A stretch of 64,000 bases of DNA from assembly GCA_965227295.1 (NCBI GenBank), contig OZ245742.1, forward strand, positions 1,664,001 to 1,728,000. Reading direction: 5' to 3'. A model generated the notes under the pieces. It was not told the origin of the DNA, did no database searches, and worked only from the letters and a program-made list of their open reading frames with translations. The DNA comes from Leptonemataceae bacterium. GTDB taxonomy: Bacteria; Spirochaetota; Leptospiria; Leptospirales; Leptonemataceae. A program made the position numbers and the translations under genes. Below are positions 29,847-39,184 of this stretch, piece after piece (the stretch's first letter is position 1; every line of letters begins with the position of its first letter).

Positions 29847-30587
29847 TCACTGCTCCGCGAACTTTTTTTCGAGTAAGGCCATGAGGGCGGCGGCCTGTTC
29901 GGGCGTGAGTTCTTCTTCGGCCGGGCCCAGGTGTGAATCCTTGAGATGCGAGTGCTGGTGTTCGGCCATACCGGGGGCCGCCGCTTCCATTTCCTCGGGA
30001 TAGACGACGATCGTTTTGCCGTCGCGGGTGAACGTGGTGTAGTCCTCTTTGTGGAGCTCGTGGTACTCGTTGCCGGGGACCTGGTAGTCCACCTCGCCCT
30101 CGCAGTGGCAGGTGCCGTGGATGCTGCGGCCCTGGGGATCCTTAAAGTCAAACGTGTAAAACTTAGTGCCCCGAACCCCGGCAATGGTCGTGGGCGTGTG
30201 CAGGTTGAAGGTGTGATTGCGTTGCATTTTATTTACACGGAGCCAGAGGTTGCCCTCTTTCAGGCGCAGCACCTTCTTTTCGCCGCGAATGCTCGCCACG
30301 TGAAACACGGCGTTCTTCTGAAGTTCCAGGTCCACGTCGCCGCCCATCATCTTCGCCAGCATGAGGCCGTCCGCGCCGGTCTTTACGATGTCGCCTTCCA
30401 GCAGGGGCATATCCTTTTTCAAGGCCAGGCTTTCCTCGCCGCGTTCGACCGTGACTGAGCCCTGGCTGCGGAGGACGATGCCGTCGACTTCGCTGTCCTG
30501 GGTGGAGCCGCCGCAGGCCGGAAGCAGGGCGGTGCAAAAGGTTACGAAAAACGTTACGCGGAAGAAGACGTTCAGGTTTGACTGCAT
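29847..30587 (-). CDS. FecR domain lipoprotein
   Basis: Lipobox LPAC; L-x-EGD-x-VKTG and TPTTIAGVRGTKF. Confidence 0.85.
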   Translation of the reverse strand: MQSNLNVFFRVTFFVTFCTALLPACGGSTQDSEVDGIVLRSQGSVTVERGEESLALKKDMPLLEGDIVKTGADGLMLAKMMGGDVDLELQKNAVFHVASIRGEKKVLRLKEGNLWLRVNKMQRNHTFNLHTPTTIAGVRGTKFYTFDFKDPQGRSIHGTCHCEGEVDYQVPGNEYHELHKEDYTTFTRDGKTIVVYPEEMEAAAPGMAEHQHSHLKDSHLGPAEEELTPEQAAALMALLEKKFAEQ

Positions 30588-30716
30588 GACTGTAGTGTGC
30601 GGGCGGCGCGGCGGATGGCAAGCAGAATCCGCGGCCCCGTGATTTTCGCGGCGAAGATCTGCCGCGAGCGTAAAAATTCCCTTTCCATTTTTGCCGGGCT
30701 TCGGGAAACTACGGCC

Positions 30717-31058
30717 ATGTCCGATTTCCAGATCGCCAAAAAAGAGCAGGGCGGCATTGTGTTGCTGCAAATCGCGGGGAAGCTCGACGCGAAGTCCGCG
30801 CCGGCGTTGAGCGCCGAGTTGAAGAGCCTCATCGGCACGGGGAAAAATAAGATCGTTTGCGACATGAGCAAGGTCGCCTACATCGCCTCGGCGGGGGTGG
30901 GCACCCTGAAGGCGGCGTTGGTGGATGCGAAGAAAGCCGGCGGCGACGTGCGCCTGGCATCGCTCCAGAAAGAAGTCAAAGACGTCTTCGATGTGCTGGG
31001 CTTCACCGCGTTGTTTACGATCGGATCGGACGTGGCTTCCGCGGCGAAGGGGCTCTGA
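30717..31058 (+). CDS. STAS anti-sigma factor antagonist (RsbV/SpoIIAA-like)
   Basis: GKLDAKSAP; D-x-SKVAYIASAG with the phosphoacceptor Ser. Confidence 0.92.
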   Translation: MSDFQIAKKEQGGIVLLQIAGKLDAKSAPALSAELKSLIGTGKNKIVCDMSKVAYIASAGVGTLKAALVDAKKAGGDVRLASLQKEVKDVFDVLGFTALFTIGSDVASAAKGL

Positions 31059-31073
31059 AGCGCAGGCGCCGAT

Positions 31074-31490
31074 TTGAAGAAGTCCCTCGTCATCCGCAAC
31101 GACTTCGACGAGCTGGCGCGCGTTCGTGACGAACTCAAGGCCTTCCTCGGCGACTCCTTCGATCGCCTGGATACGAACCGCATCGTCCTTTCCGTGGACG
31201 AGGCTCTCGCGAACATCGTCGAGCACGCCTACGACGACGATCCCGCCGGCAGCATCGATCTATCCATGGAGCGCGTCGGCGATGAGCGGGTCGTCTTCAT
31301 ACTGGAAGACCGCGGCCCGCTCTTCGATCCGACGCAATTGCCCGCGCCGAACTTAGAAGAGCGCAGCCACGACACCGGCGAAGGCGGCCTGGGGGTGTTC
31401 CTCTATATGACGCTCATGGACGAGGCCCGGCACGAAGAGCGCGAGGGCGGCGGCAACCGGCTCATTCTGACGAAGGCGCTCTCTGATTAG
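31074..31490 (+). CDS. Anti-sigma factor Ser/Thr kinase (RsbW-like)
   Basis: EALANIVEHAY, EDRGPLFDP, GGLGVFL, GNRL. Confidence 0.92.
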   Translation: MKKSLVIRNDFDELARVRDELKAFLGDSFDRLDTNRIVLSVDEALANIVEHAYDDDPAGSIDLSMERVGDERVVFILEDRGPLFDPTQLPAPNLEERSHDTGEGGLGVFLYMTLMDEARHEEREGGGNRLILTKALSD

Positions 31491-31523
31491 CTTTTTCTTG
31501 CAAGATGTTAGCGCGGTAATCTT

Positions 31524-34142
31524 ATGAACGCTCCGAATTTTTTGAAAAACCTCCGTCTGGGTCTGGCGGGCAAGCTCGCTTTGTTTACGGGCATTATGCT
31601 CTTTGCGCTCACCTCCGTGATCCTGGCCATCGTTTTCAAACAACAGAGCACGGCGCTCTCGGAATCCGCTGAACGTGAGGTCAAGCGCTTTCTTTCGCCG
31701 GTGGAGACGCTCACGCTGGAGATCGATCAGACCGTGGAGAACCTGATCCGCCTGGAAGAACTGCGCATTCGCATCGACCGGCACGAGCGGCGGAATCGCG
31801 GACAGCAAACGACGTACTACAATCGCTTCTTCGATGAAGATCACATTAAGTTAGCGGAGAAGGAATTTCGCGAGCGCATTCGTCCTTCGCAGCGCAGTGA
31901 GTCCCTCGACGAAAAACGTTTTGAGTATCTGCAACGCCGGGCCCGCTGGTTCGCGTACAATCCGGCGCGCACGCCTGCCTACGCAAAGAACCGGCGAAGC
32001 TTCGAACAGGACCTGCGGCGTTACTTTGATTACGAGAATCGCGTGGAACTGGCGCTCACGGGCGTGGACCTGGAGAAGTTCCGCGCGCAATCGGTGGACG
32101 TCTTTCGCTGGCCGCGTTTCGATACGGCGTTCCGGCTGACCGTAAAAGAGCGTTCCCGAAGTGAACTGAACCAACTGGAATGGGGCGAAACGGGCGAGTT
32201 GCGTCTGGCCATGGATGATCTGCACACGCCGTATAAAGCGAAGAAGCCCCGGGTGGACTCGCGGTACCGTACGTTTTCGACGGATATGAGCGGTTATTTT
32301 TTGATTTCGCGTACTCTTTTTCGGAATCCCGACATCGCCCGCCGCGCGGCCCTGGTCAAGAACGCGCTGGATGACGGTTCCTGGCGGCGGTACGCCGTCC
32401 GGGAGCGGCCGATCCTCGCACGCCTGGCCGAGATCGGCGCCGCGCTGGCGGAGCGTCGGGAAGAACTGAGCGCGGAGGACCCGCCGGTGCCGCCCCTGCG
32501 CGATGAAGGCATGCGGGATCTGTACGAAGAGTACGCGGAGGTCCTCGAAGAACGCGGGGCCCTGGTGGACGATCTGCGCATGGATCTGTTTCGGAAGACC
32601 CGGCCGGCCTACGCTTCGAAGCTGGAAGAGCTGAACGATCTGCGCACGCAATTGAAAGCCACGAATCGCCGGGAAGACCCGGACGCTTACGAACAACTGG
32701 CCACACGCATCGGTGAGGTAAAACAGGAAATCGAAGAACGCTTTGAAAGCGATCAGGAACTTTCCGAGGTCGAACGCATTGCCGACGCCTTTGAACATCT
32801 GCGGGACGCCGCTCTGTATAACTTCGCGTTGCTGGAGTACCGCCCGGACCAGGACTCGTATGATCAGTACGTGAAGTTCGAGAACGAACGCCGAACCGCT
32901 AACTATCGCTGGGCGAATCTTAGAGAATGGGCGCTGCGTCCGGTGTCGGAAACGCGCATCAACCAGCGCCGGGTGGGTTGGGCCATGCTCACCCGCACGC
33001 GCACCGAAACGGAAGAAGAGATGGTCCGCCTGGACACGACGCCCATTGCCGTCGTTACGAACGAACTGCTGTACGGAAACACGGCGGCCTTTACGCGCAT
33101 CTTAGTGGATCAGAGCGACGTGCTGCAACGCATCCGGGAAGAGCGCGGGCGTTTTCTGGACGTGGCGTTGTCCATCGGTCTGCGCATTTTGCTCGCGGCG
33201 ATCATGTTGTCCGTGCTGCTCACCGGCACGATCAAACGCATCATTGCCGGTGCCGATCGCGTGGGGCAGGGTGATCTGAACGTGCGCTTCGAGTACAGCG
33301 GGCGCGACGAGATCGGCAACCTGACGGATTCGTTGAACACGATGGTGCGCGGTCTGAAAGAACGGGAAGAACTACGCGGCGAACTCCAGGCCGCCGAGGA
33401 AATTCAGAAGCGTCTCATTCCCGAGGGCCCGCCGGCTAACTTTACGGATCGTTTGAGCTTCGGCATGTTTTACAAGGCCATGAACGGCGTGGGCGGCGAT
33501 TATTTTGATTTTATCGACGCCGGCCGGAATCGCTTTGTTTTTTGCATTGCCGACGTTTCGAATCACGGCGTCGGGCCGGCCATCGTTATGACGCTCATGC
33601 GTTCGCAACTGCACGCCGTCGTGCGGCGCGGCGAACTGGATCCGGTGAAGATGATCCTGGATTTGAACGAACGCCAGTACGCCGACACGCCGGAGAACAT
33701 TTTTATTACAATGTTTCTGGGTGTCTACGATGCGGGTACCGGTTTGATTCGCTACGTCTCCGCCGGGCATAACCTGGCGTACATCTTTCGTTTTCGCGAG
33801 GAATCCCTGGAGACCGTGCCCGGCGGCGGTATGCCGGTGGGCGCCGTGCCGAACGACATGTTCGGCGGGATTGTTAAGGTTCAGGAAGTTACGCTTAAGA
33901 CCGGAGACTTATTTTTTCAGTTTACCGACGGCGTCAACGAGGCCATGGACGCGAACGATCGCCAGTTCGAGAACGAACGCCTGGAGAAGATTCTGTCGAC
34001 GCTCGGTAAAAAGAAGCCGCAGTTGATTGTTACGACGATTGCGCAGGCCGTGGAACGTTTCAGCGGGAAGCGGATTTTCTGCGACGGGCCGTCCGAGTTG
34101 AATGATGATATTGCCATGATTGCGTTTCGGCGGAAGGGTTAG
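31524..34142 (+). CDS. Membrane sensor with large periplasmic domain, HAMP and SpoIIE phosphatase (RsbU-like)
   Basis: Two TM; HAMP (GDLNVR...RDEIGNL...LNTM); VGGDYFD, ADVSNHG, SAGHN, FTDGVNE, NDDI. Confidence 0.92.
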   Translation: MNAPNFLKNLRLGLAGKLALFTGIMLFALTSVILAIVFKQQSTALSESAEREVKRFLSPVETLTLEIDQTVENLIRLEELRIRIDRHERRNRGQQTTYYNRFFDEDHIKLAEKEFRERIRPSQRSESLDEKRFEYLQRRARWFAYNPARTPAYAKNRRSFEQDLRRYFDYENRVELALTGVDLEKFRAQSVDVFRWPRFDTAFRLTVKERSRSELNQLEWGETGELRLAMDDLHTPYKAKKPRVDSRYRTFSTDMSGYFLISRTLFRNPDIARRAALVKNALDDGSWRRYAVRERPILARLAEIGAALAERREELSAEDPPVPPLRDEGMRDLYEEYAEVLEERGALVDDLRMDLFRKTRPAYASKLEELNDLRTQLKATNRREDPDAYEQLATRIGEVKQEIEERFESDQELSEVERIADAFEHLRDAALYNFALLEYRPDQDSYDQYVKFENERRTANYRWANLREWALRPVSETRINQRRVGWAMLTRTRTETEEEMVRLDTTPIAVVTNELLYGNTAAFTRILVDQSDVLQRIREERGRFLDVALSIGLRILLAAIMLSVLLTGTIKRIIAGADRVGQGDLNVRFEYSGRDEIGNLTDSLNTMVRGLKEREELRGELQAAEEIQKRLIPEGPPANFTDRLSFGMFYKAMNGVGGDYFDFIDAGRNRFVFCIADVSNHGVGPAIVMTLMRSQLHAVVRRGELDPVKMILDLNERQYADTPENIFITMFLGVYDAGTGLIRYVSAGHNLAYIFRFREESLETVPGGGMPVGAVPNDMFGGIVKVQEVTLKTGDLFFQFTDGVNEAMDANDRQFENERLEKILSTLGKKKPQLIVTTIAQAVERFSGKRIFCDGPSELNDDIAMIAFRRKG

Positions 34143-34175
34143 GTTTGAGTTTCTCGATATCCATAGTAGGGTTAC

Positions 34176-34544
34176 CTATCCTGTTGGTTCTTCTTTTCGT
34201 GTCTGACTCTGCTGCCGCCGGTTTGTTGCCGTGGATTCTCCCAGTCTCGCCTGCGACTTCGCTTGCAATTCCTCGGGCACTTCCATGCGCAACGCCTCTA
34301 AAATCGCCTTCGCAAGAATTCGGCTCTGCTTCACCACGCCATCCAGTCGATTCTGAAACCCGCCCTGTCCGTAGTCCTGCGCATAGCGCAGGATTCGACC
34401 GACATCTTCCGTTGTCAGTTCCACATGGGAATCCTGAATACGCTTCTGAAGTTTGCGGAGCAAAGATTGCCAGCCGCCGCTCCCCTGCACAGGAAGGAGC
34501 AGGCGATCACGCTGGGCATCTGTAAGTGGAATCAGAATTTTCAT
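34176..34544 (-). CDS. Small hypothetical protein with two GG(W/F)Q repeats
   Basis: GSGGWQSLLRKL and GQGGFQNRL; 16 bp downstream of the nuclease-like gene. Confidence 0.7.
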   Translation of the reverse strand: MKILIPLTDAQRDRLLLPVQGSGGWQSLLRKLQKRIQDSHVELTTEDVGRILRYAQDYGQGGFQNRLDGVVKQSRILAKAILEALRMEVPEELQAKSQARLGESTATNRRQQSQTRKEEPTG

Positions 34545-34560
34545 TGTAAAACGCGCAGTC

Positions 34561-35745
34561 TCACACTACGGCCCCAACCTTCGGCACCGTAGCCGGTAAC
34601 ATCGTCTTCTCCATCAGCAATTTCATGCACGTCTCGGTGTCCTCGGTTTCCAGCTCCGAAGATATTCCTATCCGCCAGCCACATTGATCCCGGTTTCCGT
34701 CCTGGCTCACAACCTTGCGGCACAGCGGACAATACTCACGTTTAGCACGTGCCAGAAGTTCAATCATCCTTTGCGGATTCTCAATTTCCGTGCGTGGTGC
34801 AATGGCGATCTCGTTCACTCCGAGAATTTCGTGAGTGTTCGGATTTAGATCGATGGAAAGAATCCCCAGCTCGTTGTCGGAAGCGAGCTTCACGAAGTTA
34901 TTGTAACGATCCGGATCGTAAAAGTTCTGCGTATCAAAAAGCGGGATGACGATGTAAGTATAGTTTGCAAACTCTTTATAGTTCACGGCCTGACTGATCG
35001 CGTCGGAGATATATTCGATGCTGTTCGTCGGCTTGAGTTCGAAGTTGTAGAGGAGAACTTCATCGCCCGCATAGCTGGCATTAATCTTCAGGCCCTCGTA
35101 ATCGACGTTCTGGTATTTTCCGAGCTCTCGGTCCTCTTGCGCGTGGTACAGGAAGTTCAGTTTGAGCGCGCGTTTGATTTCATTCAATGTATGCTGGCCG
35201 AGTTCTTGTTCCGTCTTGCGAGAATCCGCGGCCTGGAAATAGTATTTTTCGATGCCGACTGTAAAGTGGAGGCTGCGTGTGCTGAACTTAAAGCGATGAT
35301 TGTTGATAGTGCGCCCCGAAAATGCATTCTTCGCCTGTGAGAAGGAATAGCTCCCGGCGTATTCCTTTAAGTACGTGTGCAGGTTGGGCAACTCATCTTC
35401 CAGAACCTTGAGGAAGGATCCCGAGGTTGCCTTGCTCGCGTGATATTTCTCGGCAAGTTCATCGCCGACTTCCGCCGGCAGATCTACTGACGCGAGTTCG
35501 ATTGGACCGAACGGTCCCTTGGTGCGTTTCCAGGAAAAGCCGAGGTCACCCTGATATTCAACGAAGATATCACGGAATTCCTCCCAGGCAATCTCATCAA
35601 TCCGGCGGCCGGTCAAATGATTCAGGGCCTGCTTGTCTTCAAAAAGGAGTTCGAATTCGCTTTTTGCGATCTTGAAGTCGGATCCACGTGTGTCGAGTTT
35701 TACAAGGGCGGCTGCCAGGCGTTCGATTCTCTTAACTGTGTTCAT
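34561..35745 (-). CDS. Putative PD-(D/E)XK nuclease with C-terminal Cys4 motif
   Basis: GGAG RBS; TEQEL...NVD...FELK...AISQAVNYKEFANYTYIV; C-terminal CPLC...C...C. Confidence 0.7.
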   Translation of the reverse strand: MNTVKRIERLAAALVKLDTRGSDFKIAKSEFELLFEDKQALNHLTGRRIDEIAWEEFRDIFVEYQGDLGFSWKRTKGPFGPIELASVDLPAEVGDELAEKYHASKATSGSFLKVLEDELPNLHTYLKEYAGSYSFSQAKNAFSGRTINNHRFKFSTRSLHFTVGIEKYYFQAADSRKTEQELGQHTLNEIKRALKLNFLYHAQEDRELGKYQNVDYEGLKINASYAGDEVLLYNFELKPTNSIEYISDAISQAVNYKEFANYTYIVIPLFDTQNFYDPDRYNNFVKLASDNELGILSIDLNPNTHEILGVNEIAIAPRTEIENPQRMIELLARAKREYCPLCRKVVSQDGNRDQCGWRIGISSELETEDTETCMKLLMEKTMLPATVPKVGAVV

Positions 35746-35851
35746 CTGCTCTCCAAAGAGCGACCAAAAAGAATCTAGTCATCTGAACCTTGCAAGGAAA
35801 AATCACAAATATACATGGATCGGAAGCTAATACCGGCTCCATTATGAGTAA

Positions 35852-36082
35852 TCACCCCGTACTGACCTCAGATTTCGCCCGCACTGGGACAGTAAACCGA
35901 TCGATATCCTCCACCGTGATCGACGTCGGGTTGCCCGCGGCGGGACCGATATTTCGATGCAGGGCCTGCTGTATCGATACGGGCACTCGCTCCGCGTTCG
36001 TCGATACGATGCGGATTCCCGGATGCAATTTCTGCCCGGAGCAAGATGGAAGTACGATTGCGACCAGAAGGACGACACGCAA
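35852..36082 (-). CDS. Possible small lipoprotein or gene remnant
   Basis: TTG start, hydrophobic stretch and lipobox-like LPSC; short, no recognised domain. Confidence 0.3.
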   Translation of the reverse strand: MRVVLLVAIVLPSCSGQKLHPGIRIVSTNAERVPVSIQQALHRNIGPAAGNPTSITVEDIDRFTVPVRAKSEVSTG

Positions 36083-36261
36083 ACCGGCAGGCGGCGCATC
36101 ATGCTCATCCCATCATTCATCCACCTGACGCACCTACGCATCCCCCACCTTCTCGCGCGTCGCCATCTCACATCTCACCGAACTTCAGGTTCTGCAACTC
36201 TGCGAGCGATCCGTCGCGTTGAATCATTTCGTCCAAACGAACGCGCCTTTTCTGATGATGC

Positions 36262-37257
36262 TTACGGCACGCGAATCCCACAGCGTTCCAGGCGCAGGGC
36301 CGACGGATTGCTGAGGAAATACCAGAAGTCCGGCTTCGCCTGCGGGTCTTCCGGCGGCGTAAGCGCGGCGTATGTGTAGAGATACTGTAGGCGGATCGCG
36401 GAACGTTTCACCGGGCCGAAGCTGCGAGAATCGAGGGAATCGTCGCGGTTGTCGCCCAGAACGTAGTATTCGTCCGCGCCGAGTTGACCATTCTGTATGT
36501 AAAGGCTGATGCGCAACCTTTGCTCACGTATCGCGTAGGTGTGACCGGCAATGGTTTCGTATACCGTCATTCCTACGCAGTCCACTTCTTCGCGTGTACA
36601 CAACTCCGGCCCGGCGGCCTGCGGTGTTTGCGGAATCATTTCGCCGTTGAGATAGATCCGATTCACCGAGAGTTCGATGCCTTCGAAGGACAGCGTCTCT
36701 TCGCGGAGTTCTACGTGATCCCCCGGTACTCCGATGATACGTTTTACGTGGGAACGCCCGGTCTCCATGTCCTCGATCGTTACGATGTCGCCGCGACGTA
36801 AGTCTCCGGCGACCTGGAAGTACGCGAAATCACCTTCCTGCAACCCGGGCGTCATGGAATTCGAGACGATAACCTTGCCGTCCGCGAAGCGTGTGACGAC
36901 GTGGCTGGTGCCGATGGATGCCGCCGCGTACAGGCATAACGAAACCGGCACGAACCACCACGCCGCCGGCCGACGAAAGAGAACGTGCTCCGACGGGCTA
37001 TGCTTCGCGGCCGTGTGCAAGGTGTCGATAAGCACGACGAAGTAGACCAGGATCTGCACCGCGACAAATAAGAGGAGGACCGTCAGCGCTGCGAAGGCGC
37101 CGATGCTATGAAACGTAAGAGTGTGCGCGAGAATCATCAATAGCGGCAACAATAGAAAGACGGCCAGGACCAGCACGAAGCGCCGCGGTGATTGGAGATA
37201 GTAGTATCCGTAGGGTGGTAAGATGAGATTCAGCAATACGGCGATGACTGTGCGCAT
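36262..37257 (-). CDS. lepB: Signal peptidase I with extra N-terminal TM segments
   Basis: SNSMTPGL-x-x-GD, VKRIIGVPGD, VLGDNRDDSLDSR. Confidence 0.9.
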   Translation of the reverse strand: MRTVIAVLLNLILPPYGYYYLQSPRRFVLVLAVFLLLPLLMILAHTLTFHSIGAFAALTVLLLFVAVQILVYFVVLIDTLHTAAKHSPSEHVLFRRPAAWWFVPVSLCLYAAASIGTSHVVTRFADGKVIVSNSMTPGLQEGDFAYFQVAGDLRRGDIVTIEDMETGRSHVKRIIGVPGDHVELREETLSFEGIELSVNRIYLNGEMIPQTPQAAGPELCTREEVDCVGMTVYETIAGHTYAIREQRLRISLYIQNGQLGADEYYVLGDNRDDSLDSRSFGPVKRSAIRLQYLYTYAALTPPEDPQAKPDFWYFLSNPSALRLERCGIRVP

Positions 37258-37522
37258 GCGATGACTCGCCGGCAGGATCGGCGTTGTGTCAAGCAGTACC
37301 GAACGTCGGCGGCATTCTACCGGGTTCCGTCCATTTCCGGCCCGGCGCCATCCCGGAACTCCAGGCGCTCCATGGAGAAGCCGAACGATCTGCCCGCTTC
37401 TTGAACCGCGGCGAATCCCGCCGGGTTGGTGGTGCCCATGAGAAAATACGACATAGTCCGTTCCGAAGCGATATCACGGCGAAAGATCGTTGCCGACAAC
37501 ACTGTTTTCCGGCCATCTTATC

Positions 37523-37556
37523 TTGACATCCAAAACATGTATATAAAATATGTGTT
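37523..37556 (+). promoter_or_regulatory. Sigma70-like promoter overlapped by an NsrR-type operator
   Basis: TTGACA at 37523-37528; TAAAAT at 37544-37549 (15-bp spacer, short); AACATGTAT-ATAAA-ATATGTGTT at 37534-37556 resembles the NsrR consensus AAGATGYAT-N5-ATRCATCTT. Confidence 0.7.
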
Positions 37557-37561
37557 ACAGC

Positions 37562-38014
37562 ATGCAGCTCACCGCGTTCACCGATTATTCCCTGCGCATC
37601 CTCATGTACGTCGCCGCAAACGAGGGCCGGCTCTCCACCATCGACGGCATTTCGGAGGCCTACGGAATCTCGCGGAATCATGTCATGAAAGCCGTTCACA
37701 GCCTGGGCGAACACGGCTATCTGCAAACCATCCGTGGCAAAGGCGGCGGCATTCTGCTCGGCCGGCCCGCGGCCCGAATCAATCTCGGGGACGTCGTGCG
37801 TATCACCGAAAGCAATCTGGCCGTCGTGCCGTGTTTTGCGGACGAAGCAGAGGGCTGCGCCATTGAAAGACACTGCGTGCTGAGTTCCGTGCTGCACCAG
37901 GCCCTGGGCGCGTTTCTGTCCGTCCTCGATCAATACAGTCTGGCCGATCTCATGCGGCCCGCGCGACGATTGCGTGCGGACCTGGGGATTCCCGCACCCG
38001 GAGTACAAACATGA
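37562..38014 (+). CDS. nsrR: Rrf2 family Fe-S regulator, NsrR-like
   Basis: MQLTAFTDYSLRILMY, ISRNHVMK, TIRGKGGGI; three Cys in CFADEAEGCAIERHC. Confidence 0.85.
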   Translation: MQLTAFTDYSLRILMYVAANEGRLSTIDGISEAYGISRNHVMKAVHSLGEHGYLQTIRGKGGGILLGRPAARINLGDVVRITESNLAVVPCFADEAEGCAIERHCVLSSVLHQALGAFLSVLDQYSLADLMRPARRLRADLGIPAPGVQT

Positions 38015-39138
38015 ACACAACGTATATTAGCCATACCGGCTTTCATCTGGAAAGCATCACCCGGACCGAAAGCGATGCCATCATCACCTCGGACGAAAGC
38101 CGGAGGATTCTTTCCTGGAACGCGGGGGCGGTCAATCTCTTCGGCTACTCGGCCTCCGAGGCGATCGGCCGGCCCATCGATATGCTCATGCCGGAGCGCT
38201 ATCGTGATCGGCACAACGACGGCATGTTGCGATTGTCGGGCGGCGGTGCGCCGCGTGTCCTTGGTCGGGCCCTGGACGTCGAGGCCGTGCGCAAGAACGG
38301 TGAGGAGTTTCCCATCGAACTGACGCTGGGCATGAGCCGTCGCGACGGCCGCGCGGCGTTCAGCGCCATCATCCGCGACGTCAGCGAACGCAAGGCGGCC
38401 GAGCGTTTGTTGATCGAGCAGAAACGCATCATCGAAGCAGAACGGCAAAAATCGGAAGAGCTGCTGCGTAACATTCTGCCCGCTTCGATTGTTGCCGAAC
38501 TGAAAGAGCGCGGCAATGTCGCGCCGCGCTTGCATCCGGCGGCCACCGTCCTGTTTACGGACATCCACGCGTTCACCCGCATCGCGGAACGCAGTACCCC
38601 GGAGAATCTGGTAAGTGCGTTGCATCGTATGTTTACGAACTTTGATGAAATCGTACACCGACGCGGCCTGGAGAAAATTAAGACGATCGGCGACGCCTAT
38701 ATGTGCGCCGGCGGCATCGGCGAATCCGGTGATGCGGATGATCATCATACAGTACGCATGGTGTTGGCCGCGGTGGAGATGCAACGTTTCATGCGTCGTT
38801 GTATGCCGGAGTGGTCCATTCGCGTCGGCGTGCATGTGGGCCCCGTGATTGCCGGTGTCGTCGGTCGCTGGAAGTATGCGTACGACGTCTGGGGCGATAC
38901 GGTCAACATCGCTGCGCGCATGGAGCAGCACGGCATCCCCGGGCAGATCAACGTGAGTGCGGATGTCTTCGCGCGTATTGGTCATCTGTTTACGTTTCAG
39001 TCTCGGGGCGCGGTGAGCGTGTATAACAAAGACGACATGATGATGTATCTGCTGACGGGGTTACGGCCGGAGTTTCGCAGCGGCGAGAATTCCTGGCGAC
39101 CCAATGCGCGGTTTCGGAAAGTGCTGCGCAACGAATGA
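38011..39138 (+). CDS. Soluble PAS (FixL-like) class III adenylate cyclase
   Basis: PAS LFGYSASEAIG...LMPERYRDRH...RKNGEEFPIEL; cyclase LFTDI, EKIKTIGDAYM, AYDVWGDTVNIAAR; ATGA overlap with nsrR. Confidence 0.92.
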   Translation: MNTTYISHTGFHLESITRTESDAIITSDESRRILSWNAGAVNLFGYSASEAIGRPIDMLMPERYRDRHNDGMLRLSGGGAPRVLGRALDVEAVRKNGEEFPIELTLGMSRRDGRAAFSAIIRDVSERKAAERLLIEQKRIIEAERQKSEELLRNILPASIVAELKERGNVAPRLHPAATVLFTDIHAFTRIAERSTPENLVSALHRMFTNFDEIVHRRGLEKIKTIGDAYMCAGGIGESGDADDHHTVRMVLAAVEMQRFMRRCMPEWSIRVGVHVGPVIAGVVGRWKYAYDVWGDTVNIAARMEQHGIPGQINVSADVFARIGHLFTFQSRGAVSVYNKDDMMMYLLTGLRPEFRSGENSWRPNARFRKVLRNE

Positions 39139-39184
39139 CGCAATTTCCCCTTGCAAGATCATACGCCGTCATTATGTTTCACGT

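Noticed and set aside
37930-38985. 351-aa minus-strand ORF
   Set aside because: Antisense shadow of the PAS adenylate cyclase
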